From: Firmicutes bacterium UBA6113
GTDB lineage: Bacteria > Bacillota > Clostridia > Tissierellales > Sedimentibacteraceae
Reading direction: 5' to 3'
Assembly (NCBI GenBank): GCA_002422545.1
Contig: DIWF01000024.1
Location: forward strand, 36,072-100,071
Length of the DNA stretch: 64,000 bases
How positions within the stretch are numbered: the first letter of the stretch is position 1; each line of letters begins with the position of its first letter. Positions 9,161 to 17,839 of this stretch are shown here, in pieces. Under the pieces are notes generated by a model. That model worked only from the letters and a program-made list of their open reading frames with translations. It did not search any database and had not been told where the DNA came from. Both the position numbers and the translations under genes were made by a program.

Positions 9161-9242
9161 CCGAACCATCGTAATATGATTGCTCATATTTTAGACTTCA
9201 TGCTTTGCGTCCTATTTTTTCAAATAGTTTGCTTTTTTTAAT
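9152..9242 (-). promoter_or_regulatory. c-di-GMP-I (GEMM-I) riboswitch, A20 variant
   Basis: Minus strand reads AAGCAAACTATTT-GAAA-AATAG-GACGCAAAGC-ATGAAGTCTAA-AATATGA-GCAA-TCATATT-ACGATGGTTCGGCCGC. It has the GNRA P2, invariant GACGCAAAG and the CTAA receptor in P3. Confidence 0.88.
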
Positions 9243-9319
9243 CAAATTAATATTTTTGTTAAAAAACATCAGACTCATACTGATATTATTGTTAGGTAAC
9301 ATTTTTTATTTCCATTAAC

Positions 9320-9348
9320 ATTATATCATCTTTAACACTGCTTTAAAG
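9320..9348 (-). promoter_or_regulatory. Possible sigmaA promoter (extended -10) for the riboswitch/SLH transcript
   Basis: TGA-TATAAT extended -10 at 9328-9320 on the minus strand; the -35 (TTTAAA) is weak. Confidence 0.45.
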
Positions 9349-9483
9349 CCATAAAAAGCTCAAATTTCCGACTGTTCTAAACTTTTTATGCCTTTTTTCG
9401 GCATTTTTCGTCACACTTTACGTGCTGGAGAATATGATACGAATGAGCTTGACTCAAATTTATATATAAAGGTGTTTTTATCA

Positions 9484-9888
9484 ATGGGTAGACCAAATAA
9501 TGGAAACGCAGCCGGAAATACCGGCAGAAAAAAATGCAACAATGGTAATGTAGGCGGCGAAACAGGATTAAGAAGATGCGACTGCGAATGTGTTTATGAA
9601 TGCTTGTTTGAATTGTTAGCTGAAGCTGTAGAAGACAAAAAAAGATGCTCACATCCTTGTCATGAAAGACCCGGAGTTGTTAGCCCTGGCGGAGGAAACA
9701 AAAACAGATGCGAATGTGTTTATGAATGTTTGTTTGAATTGTTAGCTGAAGCCGTAGAAGACAAAAAAGGATGCTGGCATCCTTGTCATGAAAAACCCGG
9801 AGTTGTTAGCCCCGGCGGAGGAAGCAAAAACAGATGCGAATGTGTTTTTGAATGCTTGCTTGCTCTGTTAAGAGAAGCATTAGATTAA
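9484..9888 (+). CDS. Small Cys-rich tandem-repeat protein (134 aa), possibly spore coat/exosporium or metal-binding
   Basis: An AAGGTG RBS 9 nt before the ATG at 9484 is more plausible than the track start at 9388. It has about 2.4 copies of a 42-aa unit with CxCxxxC and CxHPCH, and its own terminator. Confidence 0.7.
   Translation: MGRPNNGNAAGNTGRKKCNNGNVGGETGLRRCDCECVYECLFELLAEAVEDKKRCSHPCHERPGVVSPGGGNKNRCECVYECLFELLAEAVEDKKGCWHPCHEKPGVVSPGGGSKNRCECVFECLLALLREALD
9583..9885 (+). repeat. Intragenic 126-bp tandem repeat (2 full copies plus 1 partial)
   Basis: TGCGAATGTGTTT recurs at 9583, 9709 and 9835, giving an exact 126-nt period, with near-identical units. Confidence 0.95.
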
Positions 9889-9903
9889 TTTTATGTATGT
9901 TTT

Positions 9904-9927
9904 GAGACACCTTTGGGTGTCTCTTTT
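9904..9927 (+). terminator. Intrinsic terminator
   Basis: GAGACACC-TTTG-GGTGTCTC-TTTT. Confidence 0.8.
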
Positions 9928-9965
9928 GGATTACAAGATAATCTCTACCATGTAATGAATGACCA

Positions 9966-10059
9966 CGGGAGGGCACGAGACCCTCCCCTACGGATTGATG
10001 AGCAAATGTTCCGTTTTTGTTGAAATATGAATTCGGGCGGACACGAGATCCGCCCCTAC
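9966..10059. repeat. GTAG-type REP pair (A then B, direct orientation)
   Basis: CGGGAGGGCACGAGACCCTCCCCTAC (9966-9991) and CGGGCGGACACGAGATCCGCCCCTAC (10034-10059), between convergent genes. Confidence 0.9.
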
Positions 10060-10071
10060 AGTTTGATAAAG

Positions 10072-11724
10072 TTAAATATTCTGTTTCTGCAAGAATTTTT
10101 CAAGTTCTTCTGCAAACAACGGCTTGCTGTAGTAGAATCCCTGTATATAATCGCAGTCCGCAGATTTTAATGCCTCAACTTGAGAGATAGTTTCCACTCC
10201 TTCTGCCACAACCTTCATGCCAAACATGTGACATGACTTTATCATGCATTTTATTATTGCAAAATTTTTCTCATTTGAAATCTTGTCTATGAGCAATTTT
10301 TCAATTTTCATGTAGTCAAATATTTCCCCGTATTCCATAAGGTATTTTGCTGAGTTGAAACCAGAGCCGTAATCATCCAGAGACATCTTAATTCCCATTT
10401 CCTTCAATTTTCTCAATTGCTCATGGGCATTTTTCTCATCTAGTATGATTATTCTTTCAGTAAGTTCAAACTCCAGATTATTAGGATTTACATCGTATTC
10501 ATCTAAACATTCTTTGACATAGTCCACAAATGTATCATCGGATAATTCCTTAGCCGAAAGATTTATAGAAACAGGCATGATTATGCCCTTTTCATTCCAT
10601 TCCTTCATCTGCATGGCAGCGTTTTTTATAACCCATCTTGTTATTTGGTTTATGAAACCGGCATCCTCAGCTCTTCTTATGAGTTCGGAAATTGACATGC
10701 TTTTCTTGTCCTTGCCCTTCCACCTTAAAAGTGCTTCCACTCCAATAACTGAATTATTTTCCACATCTATTTTTGGCTGGTATGATAATGTGAACATGTC
10801 ATTTTGCAGAGAATGGTACAATGAAACAAGACCGCTGTAATACTTCTCCTGCTCTATTTCAATAATATCATCATAAATAACAACTTCACTGTGGCACCTC
10901 AAACATTGCTCAATAGCCTTGTCAAGCTTTTCAATCAGCCTGTCCCCGTCGGTTTCATGTTTTGGATAATTTATTACAGCTCCCTTCACCACTATTGATA
11001 CGGGAAAGTTTTCTATGTAGACAGGACTTTTCGTTGTGACAATGAAATTCTTGGCTGATTTAGCTGTTTCACATGCATCCCATTCAGGAAGTATGACAGT
11101 AATTTTATCGTTGGATACAGCATAAATTGTTCCGTTTGCGAAATATTTTTCAGTTTTTTTCAACAGTTCAATAAAAGATTTCTGACTTGTTTCTATGTCA
11201 ACGTAACGCTTGATCATATCAATATTCTGAAATTCAAACAAGATCACCGATATATACTGGTGTTTGCCGCTTGATGTCATAGTGCACAAATCAAGCTTGA
11301 ACTTGTTGAAGTTATAATATCCGGTCCTCAAATCCTCATAAGCTTTTCTTTTTTCGAGTTCTTCTGTTTTTTTAATCTGTTCAATCAGTGATCCCACAAA
11401 TACAACTATGACAATGAATATGCCAATCCTGAACAACCACATGGCAGGTGGCTGCATAATATTGTTTGCAGAATTAAAAGGCAAATAAGGCCCTACTGCC
11501 AGGCCTGCAACAACAGCGGTGATGATTCCTCCCTTGATGCCGAAAACCAAGACAGAAAAAAATAACGGTATATATAAAAGGTGAAGGGATGAATTGCTTC
11601 CTCCCGTCATGTATGCTATCAAAGTTGTTAAGAAAATAGAAAATATAATAAAAACAATGCTCAGTGGATAATTATATGTGTCCTTACCCAAGTCAGCAAC
11701 TAACACTTGTAGTCTTTTATTCAT
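10072..11724 (-). CDS. Membrane-anchored degenerate-GGDEF/EAL cyclic-dinucleotide phosphodiesterase
   Basis: N-terminal TM region; the GGDEF position reads VSNDK (degenerate). The EAL domain keeps EALLRW, SINLS, FELTE, DDYGSG, AEGVET and QGFYYSKP. Confidence 0.88.
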   Translation of the reverse strand: MNKRLQVLVADLGKDTYNYPLSIVFIIFSIFLTTLIAYMTGGSNSSLHLLYIPLFFSVLVFGIKGGIITAVVAGLAVGPYLPFNSANNIMQPPAMWLFRIGIFIVIVVFVGSLIEQIKKTEELEKRKAYEDLRTGYYNFNKFKLDLCTMTSSGKHQYISVILFEFQNIDMIKRYVDIETSQKSFIELLKKTEKYFANGTIYAVSNDKITVILPEWDACETAKSAKNFIVTTKSPVYIENFPVSIVVKGAVINYPKHETDGDRLIEKLDKAIEQCLRCHSEVVIYDDIIEIEQEKYYSGLVSLYHSLQNDMFTLSYQPKIDVENNSVIGVEALLRWKGKDKKSMSISELIRRAEDAGFINQITRWVIKNAAMQMKEWNEKGIIMPVSINLSAKELSDDTFVDYVKECLDEYDVNPNNLEFELTERIIILDEKNAHEQLRKLKEMGIKMSLDDYGSGFNSAKYLMEYGEIFDYMKIEKLLIDKISNEKNFAIIKCMIKSCHMFGMKVVAEGVETISQVEALKSADCDYIQGFYYSKPLFAEELEKFLQKQNI

Positions 11725-12099
11725 AATTGCTCCTAAATTTTATTGCGTTTTATATTATTCGGGCACATCATGGAAAAAACAGGGTGAAAAAATTAATTAA
11801 ATTATTTGACGAAATCGTATTCACAAGAACTACCAATGTTTTCAACAAGCAATACAAATATTTTATATTATTGCAGCAATTTTAGCAAGAGTATAATAAT
11901 AAAATGAAAATTTAATTATGCAAACATCAAGAATATTAATAGTTGCAGATTTTGTGCCAAACATTAATCATTTCTGATTTTTATTGCAAAGTTTACATTT
12001 TAATAATACAATATATTCACCACTAAAGATGGATCTGCTGGAAGTTTTGAAAACAAAAATAAAATAGTAGTGGATTAAATATGGAAAGAGGTGTATTTA

Positions 12100-12657
12100 A
12101 TGAATCCAATGAGAAGAAAAGACCGTGAAATGGACAAGGACTTTGCATACGCTGTAATTGACAAATCACAGTTTGGAACTTTGGCCACAATAAACGAAGA
12201 CGGAAGCCCATACTGTATTCCTGTTTCTCCTGCCAGAAGAGATGATAAAATTTACTTTCACTCTGCAAAACTTGGAACTAAAATTGAAAATATAAAAAGA
12301 AATCCAAAAGTCTGTATGTCTTTTGTAGGAGACGTGCATGTTCCTGTTGAACTCAATGAAAACACAGATGCCAATCAGGAAATCAAAAAAACTCTGGAGA
12401 CAAGATTCACCACTGAGTTTGAATCTGCGGTTGTATTTGGTAATGTGAACATAGTTGAAGATAAAAGCGAGAAAATTTTGGGGCTTAGGCTCATAAGCGA
12501 AAAGTACACGCCTGGTGATATGGAGTACTTTGACGCAGCAATTGATGTAAGCTACAATGTTACATATCTTTTGAGAATTGATATTGAACATGTTACAGGA
12601 AAAAGAAAAAAATATGATAAAAGCGGCACTGAAATGAAATGGGGTCGAATGGAATAA
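12100..12657 (+). CDS. Pyridoxamine 5'-phosphate oxidase-like FMN-binding protein (NimA-like)
   Basis: MRRKDREM N-terminus, GTLAT...PYCIPVS, YFHSAKLGTK and FESAVVFG. A GAGGTG RBS favours the ATG at 12100. Confidence 0.85.
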   Translation: MNPMRRKDREMDKDFAYAVIDKSQFGTLATINEDGSPYCIPVSPARRDDKIYFHSAKLGTKIENIKRNPKVCMSFVGDVHVPVELNENTDANQEIKKTLETRFTTEFESAVVFGNVNIVEDKSEKILGLRLISEKYTPGDMEYFDAAIDVSYNVTYLLRIDIEHVTGKRKKYDKSGTEMKWGRME

Positions 12658-12761
12658 CAGTAACCCCTTTTATTCTTGTGCATATAATTTATTAAAACAG
12701 TGTTTAAGGTATTTTCATCTGGGTATATTATTAATACAACAAATTGTACTTACTTACAATA

Positions 12762-12990
12762 ATCTGCAAGTAATTCCAACAGATCGCTGCATAAAGTTGA
12801 AGAAAAAGAGCTTGTTTGAAAGCTCAATTTGCAGTCAAAGTATCAGAAAATGAAAACAGATGTAAGATAGTTAATTTGATCTTGATGGTGACGAATGAGG
12901 TGATTCCAACAGGATTCGAATTAGAAAACCCAAATAGATAGCACCCGATTTTCAAATTGAAAAGAAAATTGGGTGCTATCTATATTTTTG
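12762..12990 (+). promoter_or_regulatory. Candidate structured 5' leader/attenuator of unknown class upstream of the YibE/F gene
   Basis: About 220 nt non-coding with several hairpins and a 20-bp terminator stem (12934-12983) followed by ATTTTT, about 70 nt before the start codon. Confidence 0.45.
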
Positions 12991-13056
12991 GATTTTAATT
13001 TGAATAATCTCTTTAATGTGATATACTTAGTAAGATTAATTTTTAAGAGGTATGTT

Positions 13057-14220
13057 ATGGAACTGAAAAATTTTAACAATTCAAATAAGGGCAAAGTAGT
13101 GTACATTTTGACTATACTGCTTTCAATAGCATTTATATTAACAGGTTATAACATGAACAAGGTAAGATTTGCCAGTCAGCAATACGAAAAATCATACAGG
13201 GCGGAAATTGTTTCTGTCAACGATGTTTCAGAAGAAACCATTGACAGCGGCTATGAGACTTTTTCAAGCAAGACAGTAAATTTTACTGCAAGAATAACAA
13301 ACGGTGACCAGAAAGGGACCGTAACCGATGCAAGACAATACATGGATGACATGGTGGCTGTTGATGCCAAGATGGTAGAACAAGGTGACAAGATTCTCAT
13401 GTCTTCTCTTATTGCAAGGGACGGTGACGGCAAGGAGTGGACATTTGTTGAATATGACAGAAGCGGCGTGCTCTTAATGCTTTTGATAAGTTTCTTCCTT
13501 CTGATAATCCTGTTTGGGCAAAAAAAAGGACTTAACACCATAATTTCACTGGTACTCACATGTTTATCCATATTCATGGTGTTTGTCCCATCAATTCTTA
13601 AAGGAAACAACATTTATTTGTCATCAATAATCGTGAGCATTTTCATAATTTTCATGAGCCTGTTGATAATAAACGGAGCAGACAAAAAAACATTGTGCGC
13701 CATTGTTGGAAACCTTGGAGGACTTATGATTGCTGGGATCCTTGCCTACTTCATCAGCAAGATTTTAAATCTCACCGGCATAACAGATGATGACACCATG
13801 TTTTTACTCATGCTTGACACAGAAAAACCTATTGACCTGATTGCAGTGCTTTGGAGCAGCATAGTTATCGGTTCCCTTGGAGCTGTAATGGACGTTTCCA
13901 TGTCAATTGCTTCTGCGTTAAATGAACTTTCAGAAAACATGGTTGAAAAAAGTTTCAAAACAATGCTTAAGTCAGGACTGAACATAGGACAGGACGCCAT
14001 AGGCACAATGACAAACACATTGATCCTGGCGTACATAGGAAGTTCTCTGGCTGTAGTGCTCCTGCTTGTTGCAAACTACAACGACACACTTTTGCTGTTT
14101 AACCTGGAGATGATTGTATTTGAAATAATTCAGGCCATCATTGGCAGCATGGGAATTTTGTTTGCAATACCAATAACGTCTGTTTTTGCAGCATATGTTT
14201 ATAATTTGAAGAAGAAATAA
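13057..14220 (+). CDS. YibE/F family membrane protein
   Basis: Conserved IGSLGAVMDVSMSIAS, GxDAIGTMTNTLILAYIGSS and GSMGILFAIPIT motifs. An AGAGGT RBS favours the ATG at 13057. Confidence 0.9.
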   Translation: MELKNFNNSNKGKVVYILTILLSIAFILTGYNMNKVRFASQQYEKSYRAEIVSVNDVSEETIDSGYETFSSKTVNFTARITNGDQKGTVTDARQYMDDMVAVDAKMVEQGDKILMSSLIARDGDGKEWTFVEYDRSGVLLMLLISFFLLIILFGQKKGLNTIISLVLTCLSIFMVFVPSILKGNNIYLSSIIVSIFIIFMSLLIINGADKKTLCAIVGNLGGLMIAGILAYFISKILNLTGITDDDTMFLLMLDTEKPIDLIAVLWSSIVIGSLGAVMDVSMSIASALNELSENMVEKSFKTMLKSGLNIGQDAIGTMTNTLILAYIGSSLAVVLLLVANYNDTLLLFNLEMIVFEIIQAIIGSMGILFAIPITSVFAAYVYNLKKK

Positions 14221-14221
14221 T

Positions 14222-14386
14222 CGGGATTTCAGGTTCACCGTAAAATACCGATTTATCAATAAACCGGGAATCTGAATTCACCGCAAAATGTTATATTATC
14301 AATCTGTAGGGGCGTATCTTGTATACGCCCGTTGCTATTATATCAATGAATTTGTATATGCAGGAGGACACGAGGTCCTCCCCTAC
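14222..14386. repeat. BIME-like REP cluster (duplicated long linker plus inverted B/A REP pair)
   Basis: GTAGGGGCGTATCTTGTATACGCCCG (14306-14331) and CAGGAGGACACGAGGTCCTCCCCTAC (14361-14386), preceded by two TTCACCG(T/C)AAAAT linker copies. Confidence 0.85.
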
Positions 14387-14404
14387 AAAATATATGCAAT
14401 TACT

Positions 14405-14430
14405 AATACCGGATTTTCCGGTATTTTTTT
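14405..14430 (+). terminator. Intrinsic terminator
   Basis: AATACCGGA-TTT-TCCGGTATT followed by a T run. Confidence 0.75.
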
Positions 14431-14457
14431 GTTTGAAAAAATTATTAAAATAATATA

Positions 14458-14486
14458 TTGAACTTATTAAAAAGTTGTGTTATATT
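14458..14486 (+). promoter_or_regulatory. sigmaA promoter for hom
   Basis: TTGAAC-17 nt-TATATT with a TG extension. Confidence 0.6.
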
Positions 14487-14547
14487 AGTCAGGTATTTAT
14501 TCAAAGAACACGTGTACACATACGGAGAACAATTTGCGGAGGTAATT

Positions 14548-15825
14548 ATGGAAAAAGTAAGATTAGGAATTTTAGGAATGGGCACGGTAGCATCAGGACT
14601 TATTAATATAATTGGGATTAACAATTCTAAAATAACCGGAAGTATAAATAAAGAATTAGTTATAAACAAAGTGCTGGTAAAAAATCTTGACAAAAAACGC
14701 GACGTTAATTTGCCGCAGGAAGTTTACACAACAGATGCATTTGATGTAATAAACGACAAAGATTCTCAAATCATTGTGGAACTCATTGGCGGAATAAATC
14801 CTGCTTACGAGTACATAAAGGCAGCGCTCAACAACAAGAAACATGTTGTAACTGCTAACAAGGCACTTATTGCAACACACGGCGAAGAGCTTGAAGATCT
14901 GGCTAATAAAAACGGTGTAAATCTCATGTATGAAGCAAGCGTTGCAGGCGGTATCCCAATAATAAACACAATGACTGACAATCTTTGTGCAAATGAAATT
15001 ACCGACATAACAGGCATCATCAACGGAACTACAAACTACATACTCACTCAGATGGCTGAAAACAACCTTGAATACGAACAAGCAGTAAAAAATGCACAGG
15101 CTCTTGGATTTGCAGAGGCCGACCCATCTTCAGATGTTGAAGGTGATGATGCTGCATACAAGCTTTCCATTTTGTCTACCATTGCATTTGGACAAAGAAT
15201 AAAAGTAAATGACATTCCCAAGGAGGGAATAACAAAAATATCAAAGGAAGACATAAGCTATGCTAAGGAACTTGGTTACAACATAAAGCTTCTGGCTTCT
15301 GCATCAAGAAAAGGTGATGAAATAGAGTTGAGAGTACATCCTGCCTTTGTTCCAGTCAACCATCCTCTTTCAACTGTAAAAAATGAGTACAATGCTGTAT
15401 TCCTGAAAGGAAACGCTGTAGGTGGACTCATGCTCTACGGCAAGGGTGCAGGCTCGCTGCCAACAGGAAGTGCTGTTCTCGGAGATGTTATGCACATTGT
15501 GAAAACAGGCGGTAAAGCTAAAGATGATTTGAAGAAAGAAAACAAATATTTAATCGCAAACAAAGCCCACAAGCAATACTACATCCGCTTTGAGGTAATT
15601 GACAAACCCGGAGTTCTTGCTAACATTGCAAGCATATTCGGAAAAAATGACATAAGCCTGGCATCCGTTGTTCAAAGACAGAAAAACGGAGATGAAACAG
15701 CTCCTCTTGTATTCATCACTCATGAAGTAGACAGAAAAAACATAGACGCTGCTCTTGAAGAAATTAAAAACTACAAGAGTGTTACTCAAATAGCCAGCAT
15801 AATAGTGGTTGAAAACTTCAAATAA
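14548..15825 (+). CDS. hom: Homoserine dehydrogenase with C-terminal ACT domain
   Basis: GILGMGTVA, VVTANKA, YEASVAGGIP, GIINGTTNYIL, GFAEADPSSDVEG, and the ACT motif DKPGVLANIA. A GGAGG RBS precedes the ATG at 14548. Confidence 0.95.
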   Translation: MEKVRLGILGMGTVASGLINIIGINNSKITGSINKELVINKVLVKNLDKKRDVNLPQEVYTTDAFDVINDKDSQIIVELIGGINPAYEYIKAALNNKKHVVTANKALIATHGEELEDLANKNGVNLMYEASVAGGIPIINTMTDNLCANEITDITGIINGTTNYILTQMAENNLEYEQAVKNAQALGFAEADPSSDVEGDDAAYKLSILSTIAFGQRIKVNDIPKEGITKISKEDISYAKELGYNIKLLASASRKGDEIELRVHPAFVPVNHPLSTVKNEYNAVFLKGNAVGGLMLYGKGAGSLPTGSAVLGDVMHIVKTGGKAKDDLKKENKYLIANKAHKQYYIRFEVIDKPGVLANIASIFGKNDISLASVVQRQKNGDETAPLVFITHEVDRKNIDAALEEIKNYKSVTQIASIIVVENFK

Positions 15826-15828
15826 ATA

Positions 15829-16013
15829 AGGGATGGCTACTGCCATCCCGCGGGCGGGTACAAGACCCGCCCCTACGAATTAATTAATATTAGTATTTTG
15901 CGGTGAATATGTACCTCAGTTTGTAGGGGAGGACCTCGTGTCCTCCCGAAGATAAGAAAATTATTGAAATAATAACAACGGGCAGATACAAAATCCGCCC
16001 GTTGTTATTATTT
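15829..16013. repeat. BIME-like REP cluster (variant hairpin, B, A, and a B converted into a long palindrome)
   Basis: CGGGCGGGTACAAGACCCGCCCCTAC (15851-15876), GTAGGGGAGGACCTCGTGTCCTCCCG (15923-15948) and a palindrome at 15967-16013, between convergent genes. Confidence 0.9.
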
Positions 16014-16592
16014 CTTTTTAAAACTGTTTATTGCGCTGCAGAAAATTTCTGCCAATATTTCATTTCCTTGTTCATTGAAATGCAGTCCGTCTGTGTAGTA
16101 ATCTCCCTGTGACAATTCTGTTGCCTTATCAAACTCCTCGTAAAAGTCAATATACTTGATGTTGAATGTTTTACAGAATTTAAAAATCCACTGGCGGTAT
16201 TCGTAAAGTTCTTTTGCTACCATTTCAAAATCAGTGAAATCGCTCCAGTCCTGTCTTATATTTTTCAAATCTATCTTTGTTGGAATTCCAATTATAGGGT
16301 CTATGTATTTTGCAATGGACTGATGAGCCATGGACATGATATTTGCCTTTACAACACCCAAATCAGCTCCTGCAATAAAATCATTTGCTCCTCCCATGAT
16401 TAACACTGCATCAGGCCTTTTCATGTAAACAGCTTCGTGATAGCGGCTGAGCATTCCTCCGCTTGTGTCTCCGTTTATTCCTTCATTGATTATTTCAATG
16501 ACCAGCTTATCCTGAGCAATTTTGGTCCATATTTTTGATCTTCTTACTCCAAATCCATATGTGAGGCTATCGCCCAAACAAACTATTTTCAT
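16008..16592 (-). CDS. SGNH/GDSL hydrolase
   Basis: GDSLT, GINGD, MGGAND and DGLH blocks. An AAAGGA RBS favours the ATG at 16592. Confidence 0.9.
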   Translation of the reverse strand: MKIVCLGDSLTYGFGVRRSKIWTKIAQDKLVIEIINEGINGDTSGGMLSRYHEAVYMKRPDAVLIMGGANDFIAGADLGVVKANIMSMAHQSIAKYIDPIIGIPTKIDLKNIRQDWSDFTDFEMVAKELYEYRQWIFKFCKTFNIKYIDFYEEFDKATELSQGDYYTDGLHFNEQGNEILAEIFCSAINSFKKK

Positions 16593-16669
16593 ATCTATTC
16601 CTTTCACCGCTGACAAAATTTTCTTGTTTTTAAACAATATCACATCATTTAAGCGGTGTAAAGGCCTTA

Positions 16670-17839
16670 TTACAAGTTTCCTGCAAATGCATTTTCAAGA
16701 ACCGCCATGTAATCTTCCTTGTTCATTGCGCGTGGATTGCTTTCAGTTGAAATATTTCTCACTGACATTTCAGCAAGCATTTCAAAGTCGCTTTTTTTAA
16801 CGCTGAGGCTTGAAAACAAAGGAAGCTTAACATCAACAGCAAGTTTTTTTACTGCATTTACTGCCTTTTTTGCTCCATCTTCAACAGTATCGTACTCAAT
16901 ACCCATTGCTTTGGCAATTCTTGCATAGCGCTCCATACAAAAGCTCATGTTGTAATCCATAACATATGGCAGGAATATTGCGTTGCACACACCGTGAGGC
17001 AAATCGTAAACTCCTCCCAATGATTCAGCCACGCAGTGAACAGAAGCCACGTCAGAATGGCTGAAAGCTATGCCTGCAAGCATGCTGCCTAGAAGCATGG
17101 CGCTTCTTGCTTCTAAATTGCTCATTTCATTGACTGCAGTCAAAAGATTGTTGTAAATCAGTTCCACAGCATACAATGCCACAGCATCGCTTATGGGTTC
17201 AGCACATGTTGCAGTATAAGCTTCTATTGCATGAGTAAGTGCATCCATGCCTGTTGAAGCTGTTATATGAGAAGGAAGGGACAAAGTCAGTTCAGGATCG
17301 CATATGGCAACCTTAGCTGCTGTGTACTGGCTTTTTACAGTCATTTTGTAATTGTTTGCAGTATCAGTGATTACCGATGAAAATGTAAGCTCACTTCCTG
17401 TTCCGGATGTTGTTGGAATTGTTATTAAAAGAGGAAGAGGCTCTGTAGCAGCAGTCTTGCCTTCGTACTTCTTTATTTTATCAGCATTGTGGGCAAGAAG
17501 AACACCTACGGATTTGGCACAGTCAATAGGACTTCCCCCACCGACTGCTATAATGGAGTCCGTTCCAAATTCTCTTGCAATTCTTGCTCCTTCTTCTGCA
17601 TTGACGTCCTTTGGATTTGCTTCCACTCCGTCATAAATTATGTATTCTATGCTATCTTTGTTCAAAATTTTAGTAATTTTATCTAAAATGCCTGCATTTC
17701 TAACGCCCTTGTCCGTTACTATAATAGGTCTTTTTCCTCCGAAGGTTTTCATTTCGTCGCTTAATGATTTAAGACATCCAGGCCCGTACACAATTTTTGT
17801 AGGTAATGTAAAGCTAAATGGTGATGTAAAATTGTTCAT
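16670..17839 (-). CDS. Iron-containing alcohol dehydrogenase
   Basis: GGGSPIDCAK, IPTTSGTGSE, TGMDALTHAIEA and HCVAE...HGVCNA motifs. Confidence 0.93.
   Translation of the reverse strand: MNNFTSPFSFTLPTKIVYGPGCLKSLSDEMKTFGGKRPIIVTDKGVRNAGILDKITKILNKDSIEYIIYDGVEANPKDVNAEEGARIAREFGTDSIIAVGGGSPIDCAKSVGVLLAHNADKIKKYEGKTAATEPLPLLITIPTTSGTGSELTFSSVITDTANNYKMTVKSQYTAAKVAICDPELTLSLPSHITASTGMDALTHAIEAYTATCAEPISDAVALYAVELIYNNLLTAVNEMSNLEARSAMLLGSMLAGIAFSHSDVASVHCVAESLGGVYDLPHGVCNAIFLPYVMDYNMSFCMERYARIAKAMGIEYDTVEDGAKKAVNAVKKLAVDVKLPLFSSLSVKKSDFEMLAEMSVRNISTESNPRAMNKEDYMAVLENAFAGNL

Noticed and set aside
9388..9483. Track N-terminal extensions (9388, 12973, 14458, 16643, 25476, 31473, 35275, 35894, 43312, 55819, 62317, 63239)
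   Set aside because: In each case a downstream start has a clear RBS or stop-start overlap and matches the family N-terminus, so the shorter starts were used.
1..9960. Absence of REPs in the surface locus as a sign of horizontal acquisition
   Set aside because: Core regions of similar length (29.3-39.5 kb, 52.3-64 kb) also lack GTAG REPs, so the absence is not informative.
11918..11977. 19-aa ORF MQTSRILIVADFVPNINHF resembling a receiver-domain start
   Set aside because: Too short, no RBS, and no further receiver-domain remnant in any frame.
12890..12920. GAATGAGGTGATTCCAAC as a T-box antiterminator
   Set aside because: The bulge would be UGAU rather than the UGGN needed to pair with tRNA NCCA, and no clear specifier Stem I was found. 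Kept only as an unknown-class leader.
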